Part shown: positions 12,450-25,368 of the stretch, piece by piece
Position numbering within the stretch: the stretch's first letter is position 1
Layout: each line of letters opens with the position of its first letter
Source of the DNA: the human T2T-CHM13v2.0 reference genome, Homo sapiens
Reading direction: 5' to 3' (one strand)
NCBI RefSeq assembly: GCF_009914755.1
Contig: NC_060930.1
DNA length: 64,000 nt
Made by a program: the position numbers and the translations under genes
Notes under the pieces: generated by a model
Databases searched by the model: none
What the model was told of the DNA's origin: nothing
Seen by the model: only the letters and a program-made list of their open reading frames with translations

Positions 12450-13820
12450 CTGATATAAGAAAAAAGACATGGGTTAAAATTAAGTAGTGTCTACTGTGTT
12501 AGCTAAAACGTCCGAAGGTTTCAGGGTGATATATTCCTTCAAGGTCACACCTTTAAATTTTCTGAATCAGTTACAATCTAAGTCCCTAACATTAACCCAA
12601 CAGAAGAGTCATGTTCCAAAACAGAGTTCTAAAGACTGTCTTAAAATACAATGAGCAAAGAAAGTCATTATACAGTTTGTCAAGCTTTTTTGGCCCTCAT
12701 AACATTAGAAGGGTTTACGTTGTTACAAGGGTCAAAAACCTTAATTATACATATAGACAGAAATATATTGTAACAAGACTTCAATGCACTCTGAAAACTT
12801 GAGTAACAATATCAAACTTTTTGGTAGAGGACTGTTTCTGCTCACTCCCTTTTGTGCTGGGATTATAGGTGTAAGCCACTGTGACTGGCCTATTCTCCCT
12901 TCTCATCCATCACATACCTTAATCTCTCAAGGATATCCAAGGCTATTCTGTTAATCATTTCCACATATCCAATACCAGTTACATTATCTGATATATAAAG
13001 AAGAAATTTCATTCAACATTTATTTATTGACTATGAACTACGTAACCAAGCTTGTAAAAGACAGAACATATACCTAAAAGAACAATTATGAAGTATCATA
13101 CAAATAAGAAAATTGCATAAGTCTGAGTAAAGAGAAAATAATTAGCAAAAGCTTCTTAGAGTTAACTGTGTGATAAATCATGATTTAAACTAATAATTAT
13201 CTGTTAGGTCATTACCTGTTAAATCATTTCAGATTAGAGAAAATGCAGAAATAAAGCACAGGGTCAGACACTGGTAATTCCCGGGAAAAGGACAATAACA
13301 AAAGTCTCCTGAAGATGCAGAATGGCTTTTGTAGCTATGGAGTCCCTAAGCCGTTTTATGAGACAAAACTAGAAAGTGTATGTTGTTTTTGGTCAAGAGC
13401 CCAAAGTGCTGAAGATATTAATTGAGGTAAGACCCACGTTCAAGAGAAGTGAAGCCAGGTCTTGCTCCCTTCATCAGTGATGCCTACATCCCTTCTCAGT
13501 TCCACACACCCCTGCTCTGTGCTTTCATTTGAAGGGATCATAATACTTGCAGCATGAAGGAACACGGATTCTGCTTTGTGACTTCCCTGCTCTTCATAAA
13601 AATGTATCAGCTACCTGTATTTATAAGAATGTTGGGAGGGGAGTAGCGGAGCCAGGGAAACAACTGAGTAACTTTAAATCTTTTCAGGAAATATACCACA
13701 AGAAATAGACAGATTTTGTAAATGCTTCCACATCATTTCTCTCACCTGAAAATAAGACATGCACACCGAAAAATCAATCATATCTGAAAGCAATCACTTT
13801 TTATAATAAGAAAAATATAC

Positions 13821-13932
13821 CTTGTAATCCACTCCCCCAATTATTTTCCGAACCAGTTTAAATGTTAAGGCCCAAAGCTGTGTTCTTTCCCACTCAAGAG
13901 TGTCAGAGTTTATCAGGGATTCACAAACCAGC
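13821..13932 (-). CDS. MED23: MED23 coding exon 5 (LVCESLINS...GVDYK)
   Basis: 112 nt; TAG acceptor, GTATAT donor; phase 2 to 0. Confidence 0.97.
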
Positions 13933-13996
13933 CTATAAAAAAAGAAATAGCCATTCCAGTTACAAGACAGAATTTTCCAAGTTCTCTAATAGCCGC

Positions 13997-14348
13997 CAAT
14001 ATGGTTTGGCTGTGTACTCACACAAATCTCATCTTGAATTGTAGTTCCCATAATCCCCACGTGTCATGAGAAAAACCATTTAAATCATGAGGGACAGTTC
14101 CCCCAATACTGTTCTCATGATAGTGAGTTAGTTCTCACAAGATCTAATGGTTTTATATGGGGATTCCCCCTTCACTGGGCACTCATTCTCTCTCCCACCA
14201 CCCTGTGATGAGGTGCCTTTTGCCATTATTCTAAGTTTCCTGAGGCCTCCCTAGCCATGCCAAACTGTGAGTCAATTAAACCTCTTTCCTTTATAAGTTA
14301 CCCAGTCTCGGGTATATCTTTGTTAGCAGCATCAGACAGACTAATACA
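13997..14348 (+). mobile_element. THE1 (MaLR) solo LTR
   Basis: atatggtttggctgtgt...aaatctcatcttgaattgtag...gactaataca; near-TSD gccgc/gccat. Confidence 0.9.
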
Positions 14349-14563
14349 GCCATAGTCTGTGCACTGTATTATATTTATCCTCACAAGTGTCTTTCATAAA
14401 AGTGATTACTAAGCACACTTATAAATCTGTGTAGTATTTTACATTTTTTACTTGTATGAAAGATCAAAAACAAAGTAAGAATGAAATAATATTCATTATG
14501 TTATATTTTACTAGAAAGAAGTCTATCTAAAGCTTTCGGTTAGATGTTTACCATCTATCACCT

Positions 14564-15085
14564 TGTGGTACACTGGATTTTTCCAACAGGATGGCAACAA
14601 GATTTTTGATCCCACATCTTCTTCTGAAATGTGACACTGACATTTCTCCCAAGGAGAGGTAGGGGGAAAGTCTACGTTCTCACTCCTTAGATCTGGGCAG
14701 ACCTAAGACTATGGCCAAAAGGATGCAGTATGACTTCCAAGAAGACAAGGTGATACAATTTCTGCCTAGCCCTCTTTTGCACACTTGCTGTTAGGCTCCA
14801 CCATGAGGTGAGAAAGTCTAGGCCACAAGGTGAGGGCCTGCGGAGGTTCTGGCTAATAATCCCAGCTGAGGTTCCAGATGACAGCCAGGAATCAACCACC
14901 AGATATCTGAGTGGGGAAGCTTTTGCCATGCTCCAGCCCTAGCCACATTGATCACAATCATTATGACCTTGAGTAAAAAGTGTCTCCTAAGCCGAGTCAA
15001 CCACTAAAACCATGAATAATTTTAAAACCTGAGTATTACTGTTTTAAGCCATAAGGTGTTGAGGTTGTGCAGCAAAAGTAAAGGG
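14564..15085 (+). mobile_element. MLT1-type old MaLR LTR
   Basis: cccagctgaggttccagatgacagccag...tgttttaagcca motifs. Confidence 0.65.
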
Positions 15086-15334
15086 TTACAAACTAATTAA
15101 AGTGATTAATTTCAGCCCCTGGGCAGAAACATCTGGTTTTGAGCCCACAAGCATTACCTAATTCAAAGACTATTACTCCTAGAAACTAAAACCTGAGGTA
15201 TTATATAAAGGATTACTTGATAAACCTCACCTTCTTCTTCATTCTCTTACCTTTTTACAACAACAACCTCAACCAATTTCCAATCACATATAGAAAAGAA
15301 AATTCTTCAGATTGCTCATACCCATTAAACGTAC

Positions 15335-15459
15335 CTGGGTGGAAGGAGACCAGTCTCAACTGCCATTGCTAAGCAGTCATAAAGAAAAGAAATTCTTTTA
15401 GGACTATGCTGACCATGAATAAACTTAACAATCCACTGGATACACTGTTCATGAGACTC
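15335..15459 (-). CDS. MED23: MED23 coding exon 4 (ESHEQCIQW...GLLPP)
   Basis: 125 nt; CAG acceptor, GTACGT donor; hand translation continues the protein. Confidence 0.97.
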
Positions 15460-16169
15460 CTGGAAAATGAGAGAATGATTTTACTTGGGGTCTAAAGTTA
15501 CATTTTTATAACCAATAGCTAATACTACAACTGGAAGTATACCAATACTATGAAAGAAATACTTCACTATGAGCATCTGTGGATGAAAATAATTTTTAAA
15601 AAAAGCAAAATTAAAAAATTCAGATTTAGTATTTGTCACATTAAGCTTAACATTTTGTAATTACATAGATAAAATGCTACCATTTTTATTACATGGGAAC
15701 TTCAAAAGTAGTAATTAATTAGTTAACATATTAACGGTCAATAGAAAACTCTTAACACAGATTGTTGTAAGGCATTGTAAACAGTGCCCTTTATGGCATA
15801 TATAAATATTACTGTCACTGGGGGTAAAATTCATTATGGATCAGTATGTATCAGGCTTAGGAGAATTAGGTGTGAATCCAATCCCTAAGATCCCAAACAA
15901 GAGCCCATTATGAATCCAATGACATGTCACATTTCTAGACTGGCAAAACTTTAAATACGATGTCAAAATGTTGTGCCCGTATCAAAGTTTGTCTTCTAGG
16001 ATTATCTCCAAAAAGAGCCTATAATGTTCTGCTTCTCTCCACAACCACTGTTCTCATACATACTTCTATTGTGGCACATATAACAATGATTTGGAAATAC
16101 CTATTTTCTTCCTGGTCTCTCCATTAGAGGGCCACATCATAATTCATAAAGTGTTTAATGAATTTTTTT

Positions 16170-17190
<1,021 letters not shown>

Positions 17191-17865
17191 AAGGTTAAAA
17201 CATGACTGTATTGGCATTATATGATCCATGTCTGAGTGGCAAATCTTATCACCAGTGGCTGACACGCAAACAGTTCTCATTTCCCTACCTATAGTGTACC
17301 ATGAGAAGGTAAGGCACTACTGCAATGTGAGCTCTTCGAGGATGACACATTTTTGTCTTTTTCACGGATACATTTTCTGGTAGCTGTTCTTTGTTACTTT
17401 TACAGTTTGTCTCCTCATTTTTACTATAATATTTTCCTATCCTTATTATAGAATCTTGGTATTCCTATTGTAGCATCTTTGTATCAATGCTGTGCCAATT
17501 CCTTTATTTAGCAGAAAAATGGAATTTGTATCCTTGACAAGTAAAGCTTAACATATCTGTTTTCAAGTGTACCAAATAAATCCGAATAGGATGAAAATGA
17601 TCTCAATTAATCTAACATAGGGGAGGTTTTTTTTTTTAAACATCTCACACTGTGCAGTATCAACTTGACTTCTCAACACAGGTTTTCCACTGAAATATAC
17701 AAATTAAAACAAATGGAAGCCAGAATAAAAAATGATAACAATTTTATTTCTCCCTTCTCAGGAAGATCTTAAGAGCAGCATGAAAGTAAATGTTAAAAGA
17801 AAAAAAAAAAAAAAAAGAAGAGGCCAAAAATCATCAGCTGAATGTATTAAAAATGAAGCGCTCAC

Positions 17866-17953
17866 CTGAGAAAGACCACCCCAAAACTGTCTGAAGGCCC
17901 CCAAACAGCTAATTAGTTTTGTTTTCTCATCTTCAGGAGTATCCATAAACATG
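17866..17953 (-). CDS. MED23: MED23 coding exon 3 (MFMDTPEDEK...GGLSQ)
   Basis: 88 nt; TAG acceptor, GTGAGC donor; lies within ORF 17758..17952. Confidence 0.98.
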
Positions 17954-18110
17954 CTAAAAAAATAAAAATTACATTATTTGTCATTCGTTTTAAAAAGGTA
18001 ATTACACACAATCAGAATAGTGGATCTTATAACCTTCCAACACGAAACTAAGTAAAATCTGACAGACACAATCACATAAAAACACAAAACTCTGCCACGC
18101 ATACACTCAC

Positions 18111-18142
18111 CCAGGAAAAGCCTCTTCTATAACTTCCGTTTT
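18111..18142 (-). CDS. MED23: MED23 coding exon 2 (KTEVIEEAFPG)
   Basis: 32 nt; CAG acceptor after a poly-T tract; GTGAGT donor; phase consistent. Confidence 0.97.
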
Positions 18143-18369
18143 CTGTAAAAAAAAAAAAAACAAAATGTAAACAATGTTAATTTTAAAAAGGCGCCTCCCT
18201 TAGCCAAGTATTACAATGTAACACAGGGCAAGTCACCTTAATCAGCTCTGAAACTATCAATACCTGTCTGGCCTGTCACTGTATCGATTTCAAAGGATAC
18301 AATGAACTTGACAGCAGTTTGAGAATCACTAAACTTCCCCGCATACAACCTCGGTGTCAAAACAAGGGA

Positions 18370-19050
18370 ATAAAAAGGGAGGCGTGAGAGGAGGTTGCCC
18401 AGGCCAGTTTCCTTGGTCGGCTGCCCCCGCGTCTCCCCGTCCCCAAGCCGTAGTCCTGGATGGCCGGCAGCTGCACTCACCACCACCTCTTCGAAAATGC
18501 TCTGCAGTTGCGTCTCCATCTGTACTATCACCCCCGCCTTTCCAGGGTGCCCGGCAAGGCCCGGATCAGACTCGAGCTCTGGGAATATAGGGGCAGAGGG
18601 GCGGAGACCTCTGGAGGAAACCGTAGCTCCTCGGCGTCGCTTCCTCCCCCAGCGCTTTACCTGGAGCGTTCCCTCCCGAGCCCAGCCAACAGCAGGAACC
18701 TGTACGGAAGACGGGAAGGGCCCGGTACGCGCCGTTTGCAAACCCCGCAGAAACCAGCGGCGCCACCAGAAGGTTCCGTCTGTGGAGAAGGGCGGCCCGC
18801 AAGCCGGACGAGAGCGCCCCCAAACGGAACCTTGAGCCCAAGGACCCCGGAGGCATCGTCGACCGCAGGCCGCCACCTCCCGGCTGGAGAAGGAGTTGCT
18901 TCCTGTTCGGGGCTAACCCGCTTGCAGACTGAGAAATGAAAAGTTTGGAACCCAGAAGCTGCAGCCTGCGGAAAATGCTGGAGCCGCAGCCGACACCAAG
19001 TTGATGTCTGTGAGCAGCTGACCTTCTGGACCTCCATCAGCGGCCTGCAG
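18370..19050. promoter_or_regulatory. CpG-island promoter and 5' UTR of MED23, probably bidirectional
   Basis: Abrupt GC- and CpG-rich block in AT-rich surroundings, spanning the MED23 start codon; CGGAA(G/C) ETS-like cores. Confidence 0.9.
18481..18519 (-). CDS. MED23: MED23 coding exon 1 (METQLQSIFEEVV)
   Basis: ATG at 18519-18517; 39 nt; donor GTGAGT; matches the Mediator subunit 23 N-terminus. Confidence 0.98.
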
Positions 19051-19607
19051 CCAGGAGCTGAAGCCACAGAGACGGTGTCTTCTCAGCTATGATAACCTCA
19101 GTGCAAATGTAATTGATTGACTTTTGAATGCCAAACCAATTTTGCTTCTATGGTATAAATGCTACTTGGTCATAATATATTATCCTTTTTAATATATTGC
19201 TAGATTCTATTTGCTATTATATTGTTGAGAGTATGTGTTTTTCTTCATATGCCACCATCATCACCAACCCCTAAAACATCTGTTATGTCTTGAATGATCA
19301 GCTTTCTTTGCCTCATAAAGAAAATTGTTGATGAGAGTCATAGACATCCAAAGGCCTTTCACTTCTTTGACGGTTGTGAAATGCCACAAACTGCTAAGCA
19401 TGAACTACTCCTTTGTAGCTGCTAAGTGATGAGCTGATGACTCCCCATTCATGGTTTTGTTATACAAGTGTCTGACCTGGCATAAATTTAGTTTTCTAAC
19501 AACTTTAATATGCACATGCAACCATGTTGTCCACACAATAGCTACTAAAAGCTGAAAAGAAATAATTCAGATTTCCTGCTGGAGAAAAACTTGAAAAGTT
19601 AGGCTTA

Positions 19608-19860
19608 GGGTATTGTTTGCTAGGGTTGCCATAACAAAATACCACAGACTGGGTGGCTTAAACAACAGAAATTTCTTTTCTTGTAATTCTGGAGGCTGGA
19701 AGTCTGAGGTTGAGGTTGATAGGGTTAGTTTCTATAGAGGCCTCTGTCCTTGGCTTGTAGATGACCTTCTTCTCCTTGTGTCTTCACATGGTCTTCCCTT
19801 TGTACATGTCTGTGTCGTAATTTTCTCTTCCTAGAAGGACATCAGTCAGGTTAGGGCCCA
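19608..19860 (-). mobile_element. MLT1-type LTR, truncated at the inverted-duplication junction
   Basis: gccataacaaaataccacagactgggtggcttaaacaacagaaattt...; stops at ttagggccca. Confidence 0.8.
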
Positions 19861-20691
19861 TGTATCTACTCTAAAGAGCTTTAGCTTAGTTGAAGACATA
19901 GACATTTTAAACCATAATAGAGTGTGATATGTGCAATACTAGTGATGCTAATAAAGTGCCAGGGAGAAAAGGAGGAAATACAAATTTTTCTACAGAAAGG
20001 AATTTAGAAAGATACCTAGGGGAGTTTGCTTAGATTGCTGTGAACAGCATACTATAAACTGGGGGGTAATTTGAGTCTGAGCAAACTGAAAGCTGAGAAT
20101 TCAGGCTTCTTGTTCCATCCTTGTCCTATCAGGATTTAGAGTGGGGGACTAAAGAGCCAACTGGAAACTCTGAGCAGCTGGGCAGGGCTTATCAACTTTG
20201 AGCATCTTTATAGTGTGTTCTGGGGACATTGTTTCTTGGAGAATCCCCAAAGTTGGTATCATCAGGTCTTTCCCCTTAGGCTGGTCTGAATCACCAAGGA
20301 AGATACATCTAATCTCTTACAAGTGGGTAAAGTTCTGACTGGCTGCCAACCTTCTTGCAGCCAAAAGGAACAAGAAGCCTGATCTCTTACAAGTGGGTAA
20401 AGTTCTGACTGGCTGCCAACCTTCTTGCAGCCAAAAGGAACAAGAAGCCTGAGTTCTCAGCGTTCAGTTTGCTGAGACTCGAATCACCCCAGTTTATAGT
20501 ATGCTATTCACAGCAGTCTGAGCAAACTCACGTAGATATCTTTCTAAATCCCTTTCTGTAGAAAAATTTGTATTTCTTCCTCTTTCCTCCTGGCACTTTA
20601 TTAGCACTACTAGTATTGCACAGATTACACTATATTATGGTTTAAAATGTCTACTTCTTCAACTAGACTAAAGCTCTTTAGAGTAGATACA
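19861..20691. repeat. Long inverted duplication; arms 19861-20116 and 20437-20691
   Basis: Hand alignment gives ~255-bp arms at about 90% identity with a 320-bp spacer. Confidence 0.95.
20312..20452. repeat. Perfect 70-bp tandem duplication
   Basis: atctcttacaagtggg...caagaagcctg occurs twice without mismatch. Confidence 0.97.
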
Positions 20692-22440
20692 GAAATTAAA
20701 CATGCCTGCATTTCCTAACACCTGGCATAAAGTCTGGTACTTGGTGGTGCTCAGTCATTATTCATTACTTTGGGTAGAATAAAAACATCTGAAGTGCCTT
20801 TATTTTATGGACAAGACTTCCTCTGAGGTAATAGCTATTTCTGGAATGCTGGATGTAGAGAAAGATTTGGAACACCTACAAAGTTATACCTAGTAAAGTT
20901 ATTATAATTTATAACAGTTGGGTTCACTGGACATTTATGTATGTGGTAGCTTATACTTCTAATGTTATTTCTGAAACCGTTACAAAATTTATTCAGCAAG
21001 TGTTCATTGAATGTCTTCTAGGTGTTGGCCACTGTGCTAGACACTAGAACAAGACTGTAAGCTCAAACTGACCTAGTTCCTGCCACCACGGAGTTGACAC
21101 GGCAGAGAGGAGTTTAAAGGTTTGGGGAAATAACTTGGTTCATGCCAGGTTTCAGAGATGTAAACAGTACGTGGCCTGTACCTTCTGCTTCATGGATGGG
21201 CACCGTGGGAGCACTGTGACACTGAGCTCTACCTCGGAGAGCCCAGGCAGCATGGTTGTTTTATAATGTCTCTTCTGGAGACATCTCTAGAATTTGAGTC
21301 ATAAATGAGGCCCTCATGAGTACACTAAAAATGAGAAGAGCCTATGAAAACCTGGAAAATGTTTGGAAATCCAAAGATTTCTGAGTTTCAAAATGAACAA
21401 GAAAGGGCTCCTAGAAATCTAACACTACTAGGGAATATTTCTGTACTTGAGACAAAGTAAGAGAAACAGTCTTCCATGAACCAGAGACAACCTTAGGAAT
21501 GCTGATCGTTCAGTAGAAAACAATTGCTACACCACAGGAGTCATCACATCAGGTTTCTCATCTCCAAATTGATTATAGATGTTCATTGTGCTGATCAGTA
21601 ATGAGATTTTTACTTATTTAGTCAGAAAATATCTTTTCACACACATAGGTACTGGCAAACAGCGGTATCAAACTGTGACCATTGATTCTACTTTGCCATA
21701 GTCATTGTTTGGAGGACTAGAGCTGGGCTCTCTATTCCATGCTGGGTGTCTGCTTTGTCTCCTGGTGTGTACCATTGCCTCTCAGACCTGGTTTGGCACT
21801 GCTGACATCAGTCTCACCAAGACAGCCAGTTCTCAATTCAGCTTCAGTGTTGGATCTCCACTTGCTGAGGATTAGCTTCTGTCCTTCCTATACCAACTGC
21901 CTACCTGGTTAGCTTTCTGATTGCTTTGTGTGCTTGTCAATCTCCTTGTAGGTTTTTCTGCTTTTTCCTCATGACTGGCCCTCCCTGAAGTTAGTCACCT
22001 GCCCATCTATCTCTGGCATTATGTTATTATGTGAGGTCTCCCTTCCTTTGTGGACTCCTTCTTCCTTTTGCTGTTGGACCTGAGCCTAGCATCCGCCTCA
22101 CCTCTACCACCCTCCTCAGTGCGATTAGTTTCTCTGGGCTCTCCCAGTCTAGCTTGTCCACCTATCACCCAAGATCTAGCACTGGAACCAGGAAGGGCAG
22201 GTTCCTGAGACAAAGAAGTTGATGTTGGCAGGCCCCTAGGGCTTTTCTGAGACAACAACAACCCATTTGTTGCCAGAATTCTGTGGACACTGAGACCTTC
22301 TGTAACATGAGGAATGTTTACGGTTTACATTGATGGGTGATGTAATGGTAGCTGCCTCTCAGAATGCAAGCGTTCTAAGCCATTAACTTACTTACAAATT
22401 ACTCTGAACATTTTAATGTTCAGAGTAAAGTTTCAGAACC

Positions 22441-22520
22441 AAGAAGGTACAGGTTGTTCTGAAGTTGAAGAAGAAAAGAAGAGAAGGTACAGATTGTTCT
22501 AAAGTTAAAGAAGAAAAGAA
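22441..22520. repeat. 40-bp tandem duplication (4 mismatches)
   Basis: aagaaggtacaggttgttctgaagttgaagaagaaaagaa followed by gagaaggtacagattgttctaaagttaaagaagaaaagaa. Confidence 0.9.
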
Positions 22521-22659
22521 TAGGCAAACTTTCAAGGTCCAGTTAACTTAGAAAGTGTAGGTTCAGATTTAAGTGACACAGGCAGTCTATTCCAAAGTCT
22601 AACTTGCATGGAAGGTGTGGTTTTGGCTTGTGTCTATTGATCAGGTGAACTGTTAAGTT

Positions 22660-22984
22660 TCTTTCTTTCTTTTTTTCTTTCTTTTTTGAGATGATGGTCT
22701 TACTCTGCTGCTCATGCTGGAATGCAGTGGTGCCATCATAGCTCACTACAGCCCCAAACTCCTGGGCTCAAGCAATCCTCCCCATATTCTCCCACCTCAG
22801 CCTCCCGAGTAGCTAGGACTACAGGCATGCACCATAACTCCTGGATAATTTTTTATTTTTCATTTTTTGTAGAGACAGGGTCTCACTATGTTGCCCTGGT
22901 GGGTCTTAAACTGACATAAGTGATCCTCCTGCCTCAGCCTCCCAAAGTGCTGGGATTACAGGTGTGAGCCACTGCATCCAGCCA
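22660..22984 (-). mobile_element. Alu (AluJ-like)
   Basis: Antisense dimer. Confidence 0.93.
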
Positions 22985-23530
22985 GGAATAAGTTTCTAGA
23001 ACTTGAAAGACTCAAAAGAGGTTGGGGTTTAGAGTTCAGTTAGAGAAATTGTTATAGCCAAAAATATGGCTAGCAACTTGGCAATGCCAACCATCTTCAC
23101 TATACCTACTTGTATTATACATAGGTAGATTCCTTGAGGTTTATTCATCTTAGGACCTGAAGGACTAGGATGTGTCCCTATTATCATATCCAAAATTTAG
23201 TGACTTAGAGATAATCTAATAATCTCTGATAATTCTTAAAAATGAAGAATTCAATGTCCAGAATCACTTAATTTGTAACACAGACAGTCACTTACAAGCT
23301 AAGCCTTTATCAGAGGCCCCCTGACTTCCCCACCTAGGATTTTTTTGTGTGTTTTTCAGGGTTGAAAGGGGATAGGGATATACTCACTATGTACCCACAA
23401 TTTTTTTAATTAAAAAAAGAGAAAAGGGATGAGGGATGAGGATGAAGGAAGAGAGAAGTGAAATTCTGGCAGTGTAGAACATAAGGAATCACTTAGTAAA
23501 GATACAGAGTAAGAGTCAGTAGTATGTTGG

Positions 23531-23893
23531 TGATATGGTTAGGCTTTGTGTCCCCACCCAAATCTCATCTTGAATTGTAGTCTCCACATGTTGAGGGAGG
23601 GAAGTGATTGGATTCTGGGGGTGGTATCCCCCATACTGTTCTCATAATAGTGAATTTTCACGAGATCTGATGGTTTTATAAGTGTTTGACGGTACCTCCT
23701 ATGCACACATTCTCTTCTTTCTCCCGCCACCACGTGAAGAAGGTTCTTACTTCTCCTTTGCTTTCCACCATGATTGTAAGTTTCCTGAGGCCTCCCCAGC
23801 CATGTGGAACTGTGAGTCAATTGAAGCTCTTTTCTTTATAAATCACCCAGTCTCAGGTAGTTCTTTATAGCACTGCGGAAACGGACTAATATA
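23531..23893 (+). mobile_element. THE1 (MaLR) solo LTR
   Basis: tgatatggttaggctttgtgtccccaccc...ggactaatata; near-TSD gttgg/cttgg. Confidence 0.92.
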
Positions 23894-24164
23894 CTTGGTA
23901 TACAAAACTGGTATAGAATCAAGTTACATTTTGGAGAATACCAGGAAGAAGCATCTGAAAGGGCAATTGGAGTGTCAGAACCAGGTTAAGAGCAGGCTCT
24001 GTGGCACAATGGATAGTTCATTGGACTTTTGCCTACATTGAAAGAATGAGGTTAAGCTCAACAACTAATGCTGATGCTTTCGCTGGTTAGGCCTATAGGT
24101 GGAATTCATGAAGTTGGGGGAATACCTCACTAATTTTTAATTTTTCTAATTCTGAAGCCCAGGC

Positions 24165-24470
24165 TCACCTGATTGTGGCAGTGGGGAATGTCCAAAATAT
24201 GTAGGACCAGGCAGGCCGGCAACTCAGGCTAATGCTGCTGTTTTAGGAGTGAATTTTTTCTCTGGTAAGCCTGTTTTTGCTCGTAAGGACTTCAACTGAT
24301 TGGATGAGGCGCGCTCTCACATTATTGAAGACAATTTCCTTTTTTAAAGTCAATTAATTATAGTTGTTACCATATCTACAAAATATCACAACATCACCCT
24401 AGATTAGCGTCTGATTAAATAACAGGATAATATGGCCTAGCCAAATTGACACACACAGCCAATCATCACA
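24165..24470 (-). mobile_element. MLT2-type ERVL LTR fragment
   Basis: ttcaactgattggatgagg...tggcctagccaaattgacaca...catcaca. Confidence 0.75.
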
Positions 24471-24910
24471 GCAGGAAGGAAAAGTAGGATCCCCAGCAAC
24501 TAGAGGTAAGGCAGAGTCAGTGCACTGCTATGAGTGCAAGTAGGCAATCAGAACCCAGAAACCCATAAAAATGGAAGGCACATAACAAATGATTAGATAA
24601 AAGCCATAGATCCTAGGAATCCCCTAAATTTGAGACAAATTATGACATAGGTTTGGTCTTTGTTTTTAAAAAATCATAATGATTCAACAGCAAAATACTT
24701 TGAAGAAGGAACCTGGTGGTATTTCACTTCTGAGATATCACTAAAAGAATTGTGCGTAAGTGACCAAGTCCCTTTGGTGGTCCTCCGACCTTATCTGTAA
24801 AATCCAAAAGTCTGATTAGAATAATGACAGGATGTTTGCAGAAAAGAATTTGAATGTAAAGTGTTTAGACTGCTCTGGGCTGCATATCAAATCACTAAGA
24901 GGGATATTTA

Positions 24911-25368
24911 TTTATTTATTTGTTTGTTTGTTTGTTTGTTTATTTTGAGACAGTCTCACTTTGTTGCCCAGGCTGGAATGCAGTGGCATGATCTTGGATC
25001 ACCACAACCTCTGCCTCCCAGGCGCAAGCGATTCTCAAGCTTCGGCCTCCCAAGTACCTGAGATTAGAGGCACCTGCCACCATGGCCAGCTAATTTTTGT
25101 ATTTTTAGTAGAGATGGGGATTCACCATGTTGGCCAGGCTGGTCTCAAACTCCTGACCCCAGGTGATCCACCTGTCTCAGCCTTCTAAATTCTGGGGTTA
25201 TAGGTGTGAGCCACCATGCCTGGCTAATTTTTGTATTTTTAGTAGACATGGAGTTTCACCATGTTGACTAGGCTGGTCTGGAACTCCTGACTCAGGTAAT
25301 CCGCCCGTCTCAGCCTTCCAAGCCTTTCAAAGTGCTGGGATTACAGGTGTGAGCCACCACTCCCGGCC
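24911..25368 (-). mobile_element. Alu with duplicated left monomer (trimer)
   Basis: Two successive left arms inside one gggatattt TSD. Confidence 0.88.

Noticed and set aside
18238-18876. 212-aa minus-strand ORF running in frame through the MED23 ATG, suggesting an N-terminal extension
   Set aside because: Starts at a non-ATG codon, probably upstream of the transcription start, and reads on into intron 1; stop-poor frames are expected in a CpG island
18354-19067. Several overlapping 78-159 aa ORFs on both strands of the CpG island
   Set aside because: GC-composition artefact; Pro/Arg/Gly-rich with no recognisable family
20312-22520. Direct repeats considered as a CRISPR-like array
   Set aside because: Only two adjacent copies each, no spacers, eukaryotic context
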